64,000 nucleotides of DNA from a virus (lineage: Duplodnaviria > Heunggongvirae > Uroviricota > Caudoviricetes): IMG/VR virus record IMGVR_UViG_2595698871_000001, positions 109,443-173,442 of that record. One strand, given 5' to 3'. Shown here piece by piece: positions 49,324 to 58,177 of the stretch; the first letter of the stretch is position 1, and every line of letters begins with the position of its first letter. Below the pieces are notes generated by a model, which did not search any database, was not told the DNA's origin, and saw only the letters and a list, made by a program, of their open reading frames with translations. A program made the translations under genes and the position numbers.

Positions 49324-49955
49324 GCCGCCTTGCTCTCCACGTATTCGGCCAGCCGCGCGATCGTGTCCTGGGCCGAGGTGTGGTAGATCGCAAAGCCGCC
49401 CGCGTCGATCCAGGCGTTGCAGTTGGCCGTGCGGTCGTCGATCAGGATTTGGTGGTCCGAGTGCTTGCGGTGCATGAACAACTGCTTGCGCGAGGAGGTC
49501 GTGCAGATGAAGCGCTCGTCGGGGATGCGCCGGCGCGGGGTGACGTAACCATCGCGATCGTTCATGCCATAGGGGACCTTGAAGACCTCCGCCAGCAGCG
49601 TCTCCTCGATCCAGCGGCGTTTGGCATAAGCCGCGCCCTGGAAGAACGGTGCCGTCAGGTAGTCGTCCTCGCTGGCGCCGAACTTCGGCGAGGCCGTCAG
49701 GATGATCGGTTCGGCCTCGGCGACGGCCTTGTAGAGATCGACGGCGCCCGGCATGAACGGCAGGGTCTCGAAGAAGGTCGTACCCTTGATGACGTCGTAC
49801 ATGCCCTGCTTCCACAGGTTCGCCTCGTCGTCCATCGCGTGGCTCGACTGGTTGAACAGCGGATCGGGCTTGAAGCCCAGGCGGCGGATGCCCTCGTCGA
49901 AATCGGCGAGGACGCCGTCCATGTCGAGGTAGATGGCGTAGTTCTTCAGGTCCAT
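49320..49955 (-). CDS. HAD-superfamily 5'(3')-deoxyribonucleotidase-like hydrolase
   Basis: N-terminal IYLDMDGVLADF is HAD motif I (DxDGxL), typical of NT5C-type nucleotidases. Confidence 0.6.
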   Translation of the reverse strand: MDLKNYAIYLDMDGVLADFDEGIRRLGFKPDPLFNQSSHAMDDEANLWKQGMYDVIKGTTFFETLPFMPGAVDLYKAVAEAEPIILTASPKFGASEDDYLTAPFFQGAAYAKRRWIEETLLAEVFKVPYGMNDRDGYVTPRRRIPDERFICTTSSRKQLFMHRKHSDHQILIDDRTANCNAWIDAGGFAIYHTSAQDTIARLAEYVESKAA

Positions 49956-49957
49956 GG

Positions 49958-50323
49958 TCAGTTACACTCCCGCAGTTCGCCCAGGCCGCCGATCTGGACG
50001 TCGCACTCTGCCAGGGCCTGCTCGCGCCGCTCGCACATGCCGATCAGGTCTTCGATGCAGTCGACCAGCATGCCCACCCCATCATAGAGGTCGATCTCCT
50101 GGTCCTCGGTCAGGGTCCCGCCCACCTCGGCGATGTTGCCGATGGCGCGGAACTTGGCCAGCTTGCCGCCCGGTTCCAGCAGCGCCTTGAACGCGGCGAG
50201 GTTGGGGCTGGGCACCTGGGCGCCGGCCGTGACGAAGCCCGACAGCCGCGAGGCCACCCGCGCCATAGCCTCGTCGCGCAGGTCCCCGACCGGGCCTTTG
50301 ATGGTCATGTTGACGACTTCCAT
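49958..50323 (-). CDS. hypothetical protein (121 aa)
   Basis: ORF with good codon usage. Confidence 0.5.
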   Translation of the reverse strand: MEVVNMTIKGPVGDLRDEAMARVASRLSGFVTAGAQVPSPNLAAFKALLEPGGKLAKFRAIGNIAEVGGTLTEDQEIDLYDGVGMLVDCIEDLIGMCERREQALAECDVQIGGLGELRECN

Positions 50324-50325
50324 GT

Positions 50326-50523
50326 CTACTCCGGAAATTGGGCGTGCAGGCTCATGGCGATGCGCGCCAGTTCATAGGCGGTCTTGGTTTCCAACTCAGC
50401 GGTCGGCGTGCGCGCGATCTTGAGTTGGTCGCTCATCATGTGGATGGCGTGGATGATGTCGCTCTTGCGCCGCTTCTCGTAGTAGCGGTGCGAGACGGTG
50501 GCGCGGACCTCGACGATCGCCAC
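50326..50523 (-). CDS. hypothetical protein (65 aa)
   Basis: Short ORF in an operon context. Confidence 0.4.
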   Translation of the reverse strand: MAIVEVRATVSHRYYEKRRKSDIIHAIHMMSDQLKIARTPTAELETKTAYELARIAMSLHAQFPE

Positions 50524-50910
50524 CTAGTCCCCCAGGCCCTGCATGGCGTTGTCGCGGCTGTCCTCGGCGTCGGGCCGCACCGCCAGTTCCGCCAAGAGGT
50601 CGACGTCGAGGTGGCGGTTGTAGATCGCCGCGCCCCGGTACTTGAAGAGTTCGCTGGCCTCATGCAGTAGAGCCCGCTCCACCGCCGCCCAGGCCGTCTG
50701 CACGATCTCGGTGTCGGTGGCGTAGTAGGAGAGCTTCCACTTGCGGCCCTTCCAGGCCTCGGGCTCGCCCGTGACGGTGTTGACGCCGTCCTTGCACGAG
50801 ACCTGGAGCCAGACTTCCGCATGGCTCGTGTTCAGCAGGAACTCAAAGCCCGGATAGCTGATCTTGGCGACGACGTCGCGGATCGACTGAGGGGTGCGCA
50901 TGTTCGCCAT
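50524..50910 (-). CDS. hypothetical protein (128 aa)
   Basis: ORF with good codon usage. Confidence 0.5.
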   Translation of the reverse strand: MANMRTPQSIRDVVAKISYPGFEFLLNTSHAEVWLQVSCKDGVNTVTGEPEAWKGRKWKLSYYATDTEIVQTAWAAVERALLHEASELFKYRGAAIYNRHLDVDLLAELAVRPDAEDSRDNAMQGLGD

Positions 50911-51374
50911 CAGGGCCTCGACTTGATCAGCTTCTTCTTCTTGCGGCGCGGCGAGGAGAAGCGCAGAGGGTTGATCATCATGTCCGTGTACACGGCTTCC
51001 GGCGGCGGGTCGGGGAGGTCGACCGGGCGCTCCAGGCTGAAGCCGTCCAAGTCGAGGTCGTAGATCGACAGGCGCTCGCTGTAGCCATAGCGGTTGTTGG
51101 CGAAGGTGATCCCGACATCGCCCATCGACGAGACCATGATCACCCGGCAGGCCTTGCCGCCCTTGCGGCCGTAGAGGGCCGGCATGAAGCCCGCCTCCTC
51201 GATCGCCAGGGTCTCGGTGGCGTTGCCGGCGTTGAGCGCCAGGAAGCCCCGGACGATGGCCGGCAGCTTGTAGTCGCAGATCGCCCGGCTGTTGCTGGCC
51301 TCGTAGGGCATGCCGATCTTGCCTTCGATCACCGCGCCCAGGATTTCGGCGTCCGACATCGTCTCAGCGGTCAT
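50910..51374 (-). CDS. hypothetical protein (154 aa; K-rich C-terminus)
   Basis: Start at the internal Met (MTAETMSDAEIL); the upstream ORF part is A/S/P-rich shadow. Confidence 0.45.
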   Translation of the reverse strand: MTAETMSDAEILGAVIEGKIGMPYEASNSRAICDYKLPAIVRGFLALNAGNATETLAIEEAGFMPALYGRKGGKACRVIMVSSMGDVGITFANNRYGYSERLSIYDLDLDGFSLERPVDLPDPPPEAVYTDMMINPLRFSSPRRKKKKLIKSRP

Positions 51375-51621
51375 AGGTGATCCTGTAGGGCAGGCCGCCG
51401 ACGCAAATCTTGCCCCGGAGCCCGCTGGCGGTGGTGAAGGAAAAGCCCTGGCGACCTTTGGTCCCGGCGCAGCCGAACCAGCGGCGATGGAAGCTGACGA
51501 TCTGCGAGCCGGTGTCACGCTCGACAAGCCGCCGGGCGTGGTTGCCTTCCCAGCCGAGCGCCATCATCCCGATCGTCAGGAAGAAAACGCCCAGCGCGAA
51601 CGTAGCCCAGACGGACCTCAC
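51364..51621 (-). CDS. small membrane-anchored protein (85 aa)
   Basis: VWATFALGVFFLTIGMMALGW TM segment. Confidence 0.4.
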   Translation of the reverse strand: MRSVWATFALGVFFLTIGMMALGWEGNHARRLVERDTGSQIVSFHRRWFGCAGTKGRQGFSFTTASGLRGKICVGGLPYRITYDR

Positions 51622-51998
51622 GCGGCGACGAACCCGGCGATCACGTCGGCGACGACGCGGCGCTTCTCGACCGGCATGCTGGCCAGGGCCAGGATCGTGC
51701 CGGCGCCGATCTGGGCGACGGCGCTTTCCAGGTCGGCGCGACCGTCGGTCATGAAGGTCGGATCATCGACCGGCGGGTAGAAGCTCTCGATCGGCTGCTT
51801 GAGGAAGCGCGCGGCGTCGTAGAGCTTCGAGGACGAGATGCGGTTGTCGCCGCGCTCGTACTTCTGGACCTGCTGGAACGTGATGCCCAGGGCGTTGGCC
51901 AGATCGCCTTGCGAATAGCCGGCGGCCTTGCGGGTGTTGCGCAGCTTCTGACCGACGTACTTGTCGACCGGGTGCGGGGTCTTGTCTTCGTCAGCCAT
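51618..51998 (-). CDS. XRE-family (Cro/C1-type) HTH transcriptional regulator
   Basis: VGQKLRNTRKAAGYSQGDLANALGITFQQVQKYERGDNRISSSKLYDAARFL is a textbook XRE HTH; start at the internal Met (MADEDKTP). Confidence 0.65.
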   Translation of the reverse strand: MADEDKTPHPVDKYVGQKLRNTRKAAGYSQGDLANALGITFQQVQKYERGDNRISSSKLYDAARFLKQPIESFYPPVDDPTFMTDGRADLESAVAQIGAGTILALASMPVEKRRVVADVIAGFVAA

Positions 51999-52974
51999 TG
52001 GCGGCTTCCTCCTTCTTTTGTTGGCGGGCCTTGCGGCGGTGCGTGTAGGTCGCGCGCAGGGCCTGGGTGGTGTCGTCGTGCGCGCCCAGGTCAATCCCAT
52101 CGGGCGCGACGACGCTGTTCTTCAGGCCGAACCGATAGCCCTCGGCCTCCAGTTCGTAGAGCGCCTGCTCTTCGTGCATCTGGGCGAGGTGGCGGTAGTA
52201 TTCCGCCAGGGCCAGTTCGTAGTCGCCCAGGAAGAGCCGCGCATTGCGCTCGGTCCCGGCGACCTCGGCGCGGAAGGTGAGCAGGAACCGACCAGGGCCG
52301 ACATGCGTCAGCTTGTAGCCGGTCTCGGCCAGGACCTCCTCGACGGTCTTGACGACCTCGTAGATGTGGAAGGTCCACACCGACTCGATGTGGGTGTCGT
52401 GGTAGAGGTACTCGTGCTCGGGCTTCTGCTCGCCGATATAGGGACCCCACTTGTGGTAGCGCCAGCCGCCGCGATCGGGCTGGTGCTCGCGGCGCACCTC
52501 GACCATCGAGATGAAGTAGTTGGTGTCCGGATCGTCGATCAGGTCCGGGATCAGCGCCAGCAGTTGCTCGGGGCCGTCACAGACGCCGTAGCTGTCGATG
52601 GGTTCGGCGATGCGCTTGTAGCCCTCGGCCACCGGCGGCAGGTCCTCGTTGTCCAGGTCGCCGACGACCTCGATCTTGTACTTGTCGTGCAGGAGCTTGA
52701 TGCGCGCCTCGCGGCGCTCGCCATCGGCCTTGATCCAGGCGCGAAACGCAGCGGTGCGCTCCTCCTCGGTCTGGCCGGCCTTGTACTCAGGCCCCCAGCG
52801 GCCCCACTTGTCCTCGATCTTCTCGACGATCTCGTACTCGGGGTTCCAGGAGCCCAGCGCGAAGACGCCCTGGGCCAGCCGCTTGGGAAAGCCCGAGCGC
52901 TTGTTGCTCTCGGCGATCATGCGGGCGATGGGATCGACGGCCGAGGCCGGGCGCGGGGTGATGTCGTAGAGCAT
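51991..52974 (-). CDS. hypothetical protein (327 aa)
   Basis: ORF with good codon usage. Confidence 0.5.
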   Translation of the reverse strand: MLYDITPRPASAVDPIARMIAESNKRSGFPKRLAQGVFALGSWNPEYEIVEKIEDKWGRWGPEYKAGQTEEERTAAFRAWIKADGERREARIKLLHDKYKIEVVGDLDNEDLPPVAEGYKRIAEPIDSYGVCDGPEQLLALIPDLIDDPDTNYFISMVEVRREHQPDRGGWRYHKWGPYIGEQKPEHEYLYHDTHIESVWTFHIYEVVKTVEEVLAETGYKLTHVGPGRFLLTFRAEVAGTERNARLFLGDYELALAEYYRHLAQMHEEQALYELEAEGYRFGLKNSVVAPDGIDLGAHDDTTQALRATYTHRRKARQQKKEEAANG

Positions 52975-53273
52975 CAGGCGGCGCCCTGGGCGATTTCGTA
53001 GACGATCTTGGAGATGCCGCCCAGGTCCACGGTGAAGCGGTCCTCCGAGCCGTCGAAGATGTACTTCCCGACGCAGCCGATCGGCAGCATCTTGCCGTTG
53101 TCCAGGTAGATGGCGTGCGGGGTGGCCTCGACCACGCCCCGGATCGCGCCCTGCTCCTCGGTCGGCGCCATGTCGACGAAGGTGTCCTTCGCGCCCTTGA
53201 TGCGGACCACCGCCACGCGCAGACGCGCGCCGGGCTGGTTGAGCTTGGTGATCAGGTCTTGAACGGTCTGCAC
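52974..53273 (-). CDS. hypothetical protein (99 aa)
   Basis: GTG start 6 nt after an agaggag RBS; first gene after the promoter. Confidence 0.5.
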   Translation of the reverse strand: MQTVQDLITKLNQPGARLRVAVVRIKGAKDTFVDMAPTEEQGAIRGVVEATPHAIYLDNGKMLPIGCVGKYIFDGSEDRFTVDLGGISKIVYEIAQGAA

Positions 53274-53345
53274 GGGAACTCCTCTATGTCGTCGTCTCGA
53301 CCCTTCTAGGTGGAGGTTACCGTTCTGTCAACACACAACCGCCAA
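53274..53345 (-). promoter_or_regulatory. consensus promoter/leader element
   Basis: Reverse complement reads cctcGTTGGCGGTTGTGTGTTGACAGaacggtaacctccacCTAGAAGGGtCGAGACGACGACAtAGAGGAGttcccGTG. Confidence 0.55.
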
Positions 53346-53350
53346 CGAGG

Positions 53351-53383
53351 CAAAAAGAAACCGCCGACCCGAAGGCCGGCGGT
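53351..53383 (-). terminator. intrinsic terminator (CCGCCGACC cgaa GGCCGGCGG; TTTCTTTTTG on the minus strand)
   Basis: 9-bp stem with one mismatch; T-rich tract on the minus strand only; between the stop of the 620-aa gene and the next promoter. Confidence 0.55.
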
Positions 53384-53404
53384 TGGGAGGTGTGGGCTCG
53401 GGAA

Positions 53405-55267
53405 CTAGACGTCGAGGATGAAGAAGCGCTCGCTGGACGCCGGACCTTGGACCTCGACGATGAAGCCCGACTCCAGCAGCGCCTCGATCGCCTTGCCGGT
53501 GTGGTAGAGCGACAGGTCGGACGCTTCGCTGATCCGGGTCAGCGAGAAGCCGACGTTCTGACCAACCTTGAGGTCTTGCAGCGACAGTTCGTTCAGGGTG
53601 GTGATCACCACGCCGGCCGGGGCCAGTTCATAGGCGCCCTCGAAGTCGCGGTCTTCCGACAGACGCACGAGGCCTTCCTGCTCGATGTTGTCGAGCAGCG
53701 AGGCCAGGAACTCGGGATCGACGAAGCCGACGTGGCTGCGGATTTCGCTCAAGTAGGCCGGGCCGTCGACGTCGACGGCGTTGAGGACCGCCAGCAGGGC
53801 GATGCCCGGCATGACCGCCACGACCTGCTCGGCCTTCTCCTCCTCGGAGAGGTCGGTCGGCACGCCCCTGCCGTTCGACAGAGGCACGATGGCTTCGTCC
53901 GGATGCAGGAGGATAAAGTCCTTGATCGCCCGCAGCGCCGCCAGGAAATGGTCCTTGGGGATTTCGTCGAGCTTGAAGGTGATGCGATCGTCGATGCCCA
54001 TGGGATAGATCGCCCGCAGATTGGCGACGATGTCCTCGGGCCACGCGGCGAGCACCGTGTCCCAGAGAACCTTGGGCATCTGGAAGGCCCCGAAAGACAG
54101 GAACTGGTCGGGGGTGGCGGCTTCGACCGCCGCGATGGACTCGTCGATGCTGGCGGGCGTGTAGCCGCCCACGACGCCGTTTTGCGTCGCGTGGAGCACC
54201 TCGGCGGCTTCCTCGGCGCTCAGCCCCGTGATGACCTTCTCCACCCCCTCCTCGGGCTCCTGGAGCGGCTCCAGGGTCTTGAGGCGATCGCTCAGGCCCT
54301 GGATCGACTCGTAGGCGTCGGCCGTGTCCACGGTGAGCTTCAGGGTCAGGCGCTCGGGGCGGGCGCTGAACTCCTCGCCCGTGATGGTGTAGACGCCCTC
54401 GCGCTCCAGGATTTCCAGGTTCAGGAAGCGGCCGGACTGGTTGAGCGTCATGAAGCGCTCGAAGAGCGTGCTTTCGACGTACTCCTGGTTGAAGATGCCC
54501 TTGTCGAGCGCGAACAGCAGTTCGCTGCTGGAGAGGGTCTGCTCGCCCATGCCGGAGACCTCCTCGGGCTGGTCCTTCGTGAACCTCAGGCCCGGCCCGG
54601 TGGTCTCGGTTTCTTGAGGGATGATGGGGTCTTCGATCACGGGGGCTTTCTCCTTGAAAACGATGGAGGTCAGTTCGCTCAGCGAGACCGACCAGTTGGT
54701 GTCGACCTGGGCGGCGTAGCGGCCCGACATGGGGTTCCATGCGACCTTGCCGATCTCGCCGCTGACCATCTTGTCCTCCCATGCCGAGCGGAACATCACG
54801 TCGGCGCCGCCGAAGTAGTCCGTCAGGTGGCCTGCGAAGGTCTCGATGTCCTCGCGGGACGCCGGGCGAACCTCGCGCAGCGGGTAGGAGTGATGGACGC
54901 CGGGGCGCGCGTCCTCGATCTCGACGAAGATCGGGCCGTGGTCGGTGTGGAAGCGCTCGGTGTAGCCGATCATCTCGCCTTGCGGGGTCATGACCATCAC
55001 CGGCAGGGCCGAGAACTTGTGGTTCAGGCGGTCCACGTAGTCACTGGGATAGGCGGTGGTGGTGTAGATGAGGTTGTCGCCCCGGCGCACGCCGCTGTAG
55101 TCGACGACGCAGAGCGGCGTGGCCACCGCACCGCTCGGGAAGCGCGGCCGATCAACGAACACTTGCCCGTCCGCCACCGGCGGGGAGACGCCGTGAACGT
55201 AGGGGACCACCTCGCTGTAGGTGGCGATCCAGGCGGGCTTGACCCGGTCAAGGAAGGTTTCGGTCAA
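53405..55267 (-). CDS. large hypothetical protein (620 aa)
   Basis: Long ORF with good codon usage; no recognised motifs. Confidence 0.55.
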   Translation of the reverse strand: MTETFLDRVKPAWIATYSEVVPYVHGVSPPVADGQVFVDRPRFPSGAVATPLCVVDYSGVRRGDNLIYTTTAYPSDYVDRLNHKFSALPVMVMTPQGEMIGYTERFHTDHGPIFVEIEDARPGVHHSYPLREVRPASREDIETFAGHLTDYFGGADVMFRSAWEDKMVSGEIGKVAWNPMSGRYAAQVDTNWSVSLSELTSIVFKEKAPVIEDPIIPQETETTGPGLRFTKDQPEEVSGMGEQTLSSSELLFALDKGIFNQEYVESTLFERFMTLNQSGRFLNLEILEREGVYTITGEEFSARPERLTLKLTVDTADAYESIQGLSDRLKTLEPLQEPEEGVEKVITGLSAEEAAEVLHATQNGVVGGYTPASIDESIAAVEAATPDQFLSFGAFQMPKVLWDTVLAAWPEDIVANLRAIYPMGIDDRITFKLDEIPKDHFLAALRAIKDFILLHPDEAIVPLSNGRGVPTDLSEEEKAEQVVAVMPGIALLAVLNAVDVDGPAYLSEIRSHVGFVDPEFLASLLDNIEQEGLVRLSEDRDFEGAYELAPAGVVITTLNELSLQDLKVGQNVGFSLTRISEASDLSLYHTGKAIEALLESGFIVEVQGPASSERFFILDV

Positions 55268-55276
55268 GGCGGTCCC

Positions 55277-55741
55277 CTATTCGTTTGGAATGACGGACGC
55301 CGGGGCGTCCAGGTCGAAATTCTCGCCCTCATCGGTGAGGGCGAAGGTGGCGTAGCCGTCAGGGCTCTTGACCATGGTCAGCAGCTTGATCAGGCCGTGC
55401 TTCTCCAGCGCCTGGGCGGCGGGATAGTCGGCGTGCTTGTAGAAGACGTTGAGTTGCCCGCCTAGGCCCAGGATGCGCACGCTGCGCAGCAGCATGGCCT
55501 CCTGCTCGCTCAGCCCCAGCGCGCCCTTGACCCGCACGCGGGCGAGATGGACGTCGATCACGTGCGTCTGGCCCTGATGCTCGAACTCGATGATCGCCAG
55601 CGGGCCGAACGATCCGTTGGTCACCGCCAGGATGACGCCCTCGAACTCGGTCGTTTTCCGCGCCGTGATGGGCACATAGTAGTCGAAGAAGACCGTCTTG
55701 CCCTTCATCACGTGGTGGGCCTGGGGCGCAACCGTGCTCAT
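55277..55741 (-). CDS. hypothetical protein (154 aa)
   Basis: ORF with good codon usage. Confidence 0.5.
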   Translation of the reverse strand: MSTVAPQAHHVMKGKTVFFDYYVPITARKTTEFEGVILAVTNGSFGPLAIIEFEHQGQTHVIDVHLARVRVKGALGLSEQEAMLLRSVRILGLGGQLNVFYKHADYPAAQALEKHGLIKLLTMVKSPDGYATFALTDEGENFDLDAPASVIPNE

Positions 55742-55989
55742 GCCGTGGGGTCCTTCTTGCGGGCGGTGTAGTGGAACTCGTCGTGCATGCGCCCGTCCAG
55801 GGTGACCTTGTAGCCGGGACCCAGTTCAGCCAGGATGCGCGCCTCGATCTCGGAGAAGTCGATGTTGGCCATTGCGCGCTCGGCCGCCGCCGCCTGCTCC
55901 AGGAAGCTGCTCCTGATCTTGGCGCCGGCCTCGGTGCGGATCGGGATGTTCTGGATGGGCGGCTCGGACTTGGACAGACGCTCGCTCAT
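55738..55989 (-). CDS. hypothetical protein (83 aa)
   Basis: Real frame is only the C-terminal 83 aa (MSERLSKSEP...) of the ORF-track entry; TGATG overlap with gcrA. Confidence 0.45.
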   Translation of the reverse strand: MSERLSKSEPPIQNIPIRTEAGAKIRSSFLEQAAAAERAMANIDFSEIEARILAELGPGYKVTLDGRMHDEFHYTARKKDPTA

Positions 55990-56537
55990 CAGGCCCTCTT
56001 GATCTTGCCGACGTGCGAGGGGCGCGTGGCGGCCTTGTAGACGAACGGGCGATAGGCCACGCGGTGGTGCTCGATGCAGTAGACGCCCTGCTCGGTGCGG
56101 CACCCGCAATGGCCGAAGTTCTGGTCGGTCGGATCGCCGTAGGGCCAGCGGCACATGCCGCGCGTCAGCTTCAGCGTCGGGACCACGGTCTCGGGGCGCA
56201 CCGGGATCGGCGCCTGACCCTCGGGGACCAGTTCGATCTTCGGCTTCGACGGCTTCTCGGCCTTGGGCTTGGTGACCTTCTTGGGCTTGGCGACCTTGAC
56301 CTTCTTGATCTGGATGCCGTAGCCGCGCGTCTTCTTGCGGCGCTCCTGGAGCGGCAGGACCTTCTCGCCCAGTTCGCCCTTCTGGCGCAGGCGATCGCCC
56401 ATGCCGCAGACGGCGCTCTTGCTGCGCGGCTCGCTCAGCATTTCCCCGATCTGCTTGGTCCCGACAGGCTCTGCCCAGAGCTTCTTCAGCAGGGCGATGT
56501 CCTCGGCCAGCCAATCCGACTTACGCTTCTTCACCAC
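55989..56537 (-). CDS. gcrA: GcrA-like cell-cycle regulator homologue
   Basis: N-terminal W...DIALLKKLW... and C-terminal CRWPYGDPTDQNFGHCGCRTEQGVYCIEHHRVAYRP match remembered GcrA features (LKKLW...; CkWPiGdP...FCG...YC..H..VAY); GTG start with aggag RBS. Confidence 0.75.
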   Translation of the reverse strand: MVKKRKSDWLAEDIALLKKLWAEPVGTKQIGEMLSEPRSKSAVCGMGDRLRQKGELGEKVLPLQERRKKTRGYGIQIKKVKVAKPKKVTKPKAEKPSKPKIELVPEGQAPIPVRPETVVPTLKLTRGMCRWPYGDPTDQNFGHCGCRTEQGVYCIEHHRVAYRPFVYKAATRPSHVGKIKRA

Positions 56538-56545
56538 CTTGTACG

Positions 56546-56731
56546 CTACTCCTGTTCTGCTTTGGCGGGACGCCGGCTTCTGGACTGACGCGGGACGAAC
56601 ACCAGGGCGACGGTCGAGCCGCCGGTGTACTTGGTGCGGCGGCTATAGAGCCAACCGCCCTCGATTTCCAGGCGCTCGGTCACCTGACCATCGCCCTCGT
56701 CGATCTTTTCCCATTTCGTCTTCTTGGCCAT
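56546..56731 (-). CDS. small hypothetical protein (61 aa)
   Basis: gaggag RBS; first gene of the minus-strand operon. Confidence 0.4.
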   Translation of the reverse strand: MAKKTKWEKIDEGDGQVTERLEIEGGWLYSRRTKYTGGSTVALVFVPRQSRSRRPAKAEQE

Positions 56732-56868
56732 GACGCTCCTCGATTTTCGCCGGCACCCTAGAGGAGCGCCGATGTGTTGACAAGCGCCAAATGGCTCTGG
56801 CTGGCGAGTGTTGACAAGGCGGCGGTGGTCCCTTAGAAGGGCGGCGACGACAACGAAAGGAGGCGCTG
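56732..56868. promoter_or_regulatory. divergent promoter hub: minus-facing element plus two tandem plus-facing GTGTTGACAAG boxes, then CTTAGAAGG, CGACGACAACG and AAGGAGG
   Basis: Plus strand: TTGACA at 56776-56781 and 56811-56816, TAGAAG at 56834-56839, CGACGACAACG at 56845-56855, ATG at 56869; minus side: cctctaggg-like -10 at 56756-56764 and a gaggag RBS. Confidence 0.5.
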
Positions 56869-57168
56869 ATGCGCTACGTTCTGGAGTACATGGACTGCGA
56901 CGACCAGATCGTCCAGGTCGACTTCGAAGCCCCCACCCGCGCCTCGGCGATCGCCAAGGCCAAGCGCCTCTTCGTGAAGGCGGTCGAGGCCAGCGGCCGG
57001 TCGATCTTCACCGGCTACATGTTCGAGGACCACTCGATCACCATGAAGGTGAAGCTGGTCCCGTTCGGCACCCTGAGCCGCTACCTGGGCCTGGGCAAGG
57101 TCACCGCCGCCAACATCTCGTTCGACGACCGCGACGCCAAGATCGCCCGCCAGGACATGGCCGCATGA
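56869..57168 (+). CDS. hypothetical protein (99 aa)
   Basis: First plus-strand gene after the hub; good codon usage. Confidence 0.5.
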   Translation: MRYVLEYMDCDDQIVQVDFEAPTRASAIAKAKRLFVKAVEASGRSIFTGYMFEDHSITMKVKLVPFGTLSRYLGLGKVTAANISFDDRDAKIARQDMAA

Positions 57169-57377
57169 TCCGGATCGAGGACGTTCAGCCCGGCTTCATC
57201 TATCGCGGGGGCAAGAGCGGCGCGCTGCGCCAAGTGGTCAGCTACGGCGCCAATGAGAGCTTCGTCTGCTGGGCCAACCCGCACGATCGCCTGCCCTATG
57301 GCGGCTTCCTGAACACCACCTGCACCAGCCGGGCGTCGTTCGCTCGCTGGGCCGACAAGATCGAGGAAGAGGTTTGA
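57165..57377 (+). CDS. hypothetical protein (70 aa)
   Basis: ATGA overlap; the upstream part of the ORF-track entry is shadow. Confidence 0.45.
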   Translation: MIRIEDVQPGFIYRGGKSGALRQVVSYGANESFVCWANPHDRLPYGGFLNTTCTSRASFARWADKIEEEV

Positions 57378-57658
57378 TCACCACCTTCCTGCGCTGCACC
57401 CATCGCGACGAGGCCGGCCGCCGTTACCTGGAGTTCCGCGAGCCCGGCCTCGTCCAGCGCCTCTATGTCCGCAAGCCGCAGACCGAATGGGAAGAAGGCT
57501 TCCCGATCATCCTGGAGGATTTCTACAACGGCTCCTCCGGCGGCAAGACCCTTTTCCGCGCCGGCAAGACCCAGGGCCTGGGGATCAGCGCGTTCTTCCG
57601 CGCCTACCCCGAGGTCTTCACCCTGATCGTTCTGCCCCAGGAGCTTCTCGATGCGTAG
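57374..57658 (+). CDS. hypothetical protein (94 aa)
   Basis: TTG start overlapping the upstream TGA. Confidence 0.45.
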   Translation: MITTFLRCTHRDEAGRRYLEFREPGLVQRLYVRKPQTEWEEGFPIILEDFYNGSSGGKTLFRAGKTQGLGISAFFRAYPEVFTLIVLPQELLDA

Positions 57659-57914
57659 GAAGAAACGCCCGGACCTGCCCGTCACCGTCGCCGACCTCAA
57701 GGCGTTCCTGGACAAGTTCCCGGACGACATGAAGGTCGGCATCCGCAGCGGCGGTGGTCGCTTCACCGGCTTCACTGAGGTCGAGGTGTACAACCTCACC
57801 ACCTATGGCTCGGCGAGCGATCGCCTGACCATGGAGACCTCGCGCGGGGCCACCATCTTCAAAGGCTACAAGGGCAAGATTTCCGCGCCCTTCGACGCCC
57901 TCATTTTCGACTAG
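57651..57914 (+). CDS. hypothetical protein (87 aa)
   Basis: ATG overlapping the upstream TAG (ATGCGTAG). Confidence 0.45.
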   Translation: MRRKKRPDLPVTVADLKAFLDKFPDDMKVGIRSGGGRFTGFTEVEVYNLTTYGSASDRLTMETSRGATIFKGYKGKISAPFDALIFD

Positions 57915-57922
57915 GAGGGACC

Positions 57923-58177
57923 ATGAGCAACCGCGTTTGGATCGAACTGGAAAAGCCCAAGACGGCCGAGGAGGGCAAGGCGCGCGCCGCGCTGCTCTGC
58001 AAGATGCTCGCCCGCCTGGGCGTCGAGTACGGCCGCTATCCCGCCGTCTTCTGGAGCGAGCGCGACGGCAACTACGCCTTCACCCTCGACGGCGCCGGCA
58101 GCTACGCCGTCTGCGAGGGGGCCGACCCCGGTCACTGGTACAACCTGGACTACATCGTCGAGGCGTTCGAGGCGTGA
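57923..58177 (+). CDS. hypothetical protein (84 aa)
   Basis: taggagg RBS 5 nt upstream of the ATG. Confidence 0.5.
   Translation: MSNRVWIELEKPKTAEEGKARAALLCKMLARLGVEYGRYPAVFWSERDGNYAFTLDGAGSYAVCEGADPGHWYNLDYIVEAFEA

Noticed and set aside
56773-56790. Near-palindromic TGTTGACAAGCG read as a minus-strand -35
   Set aside because: On the minus strand it reads TTGTCA, not TTGACA. The minus-strand promoter for the gcrA operon is therefore uncertain, and only the divergent hub as a whole is annotated.
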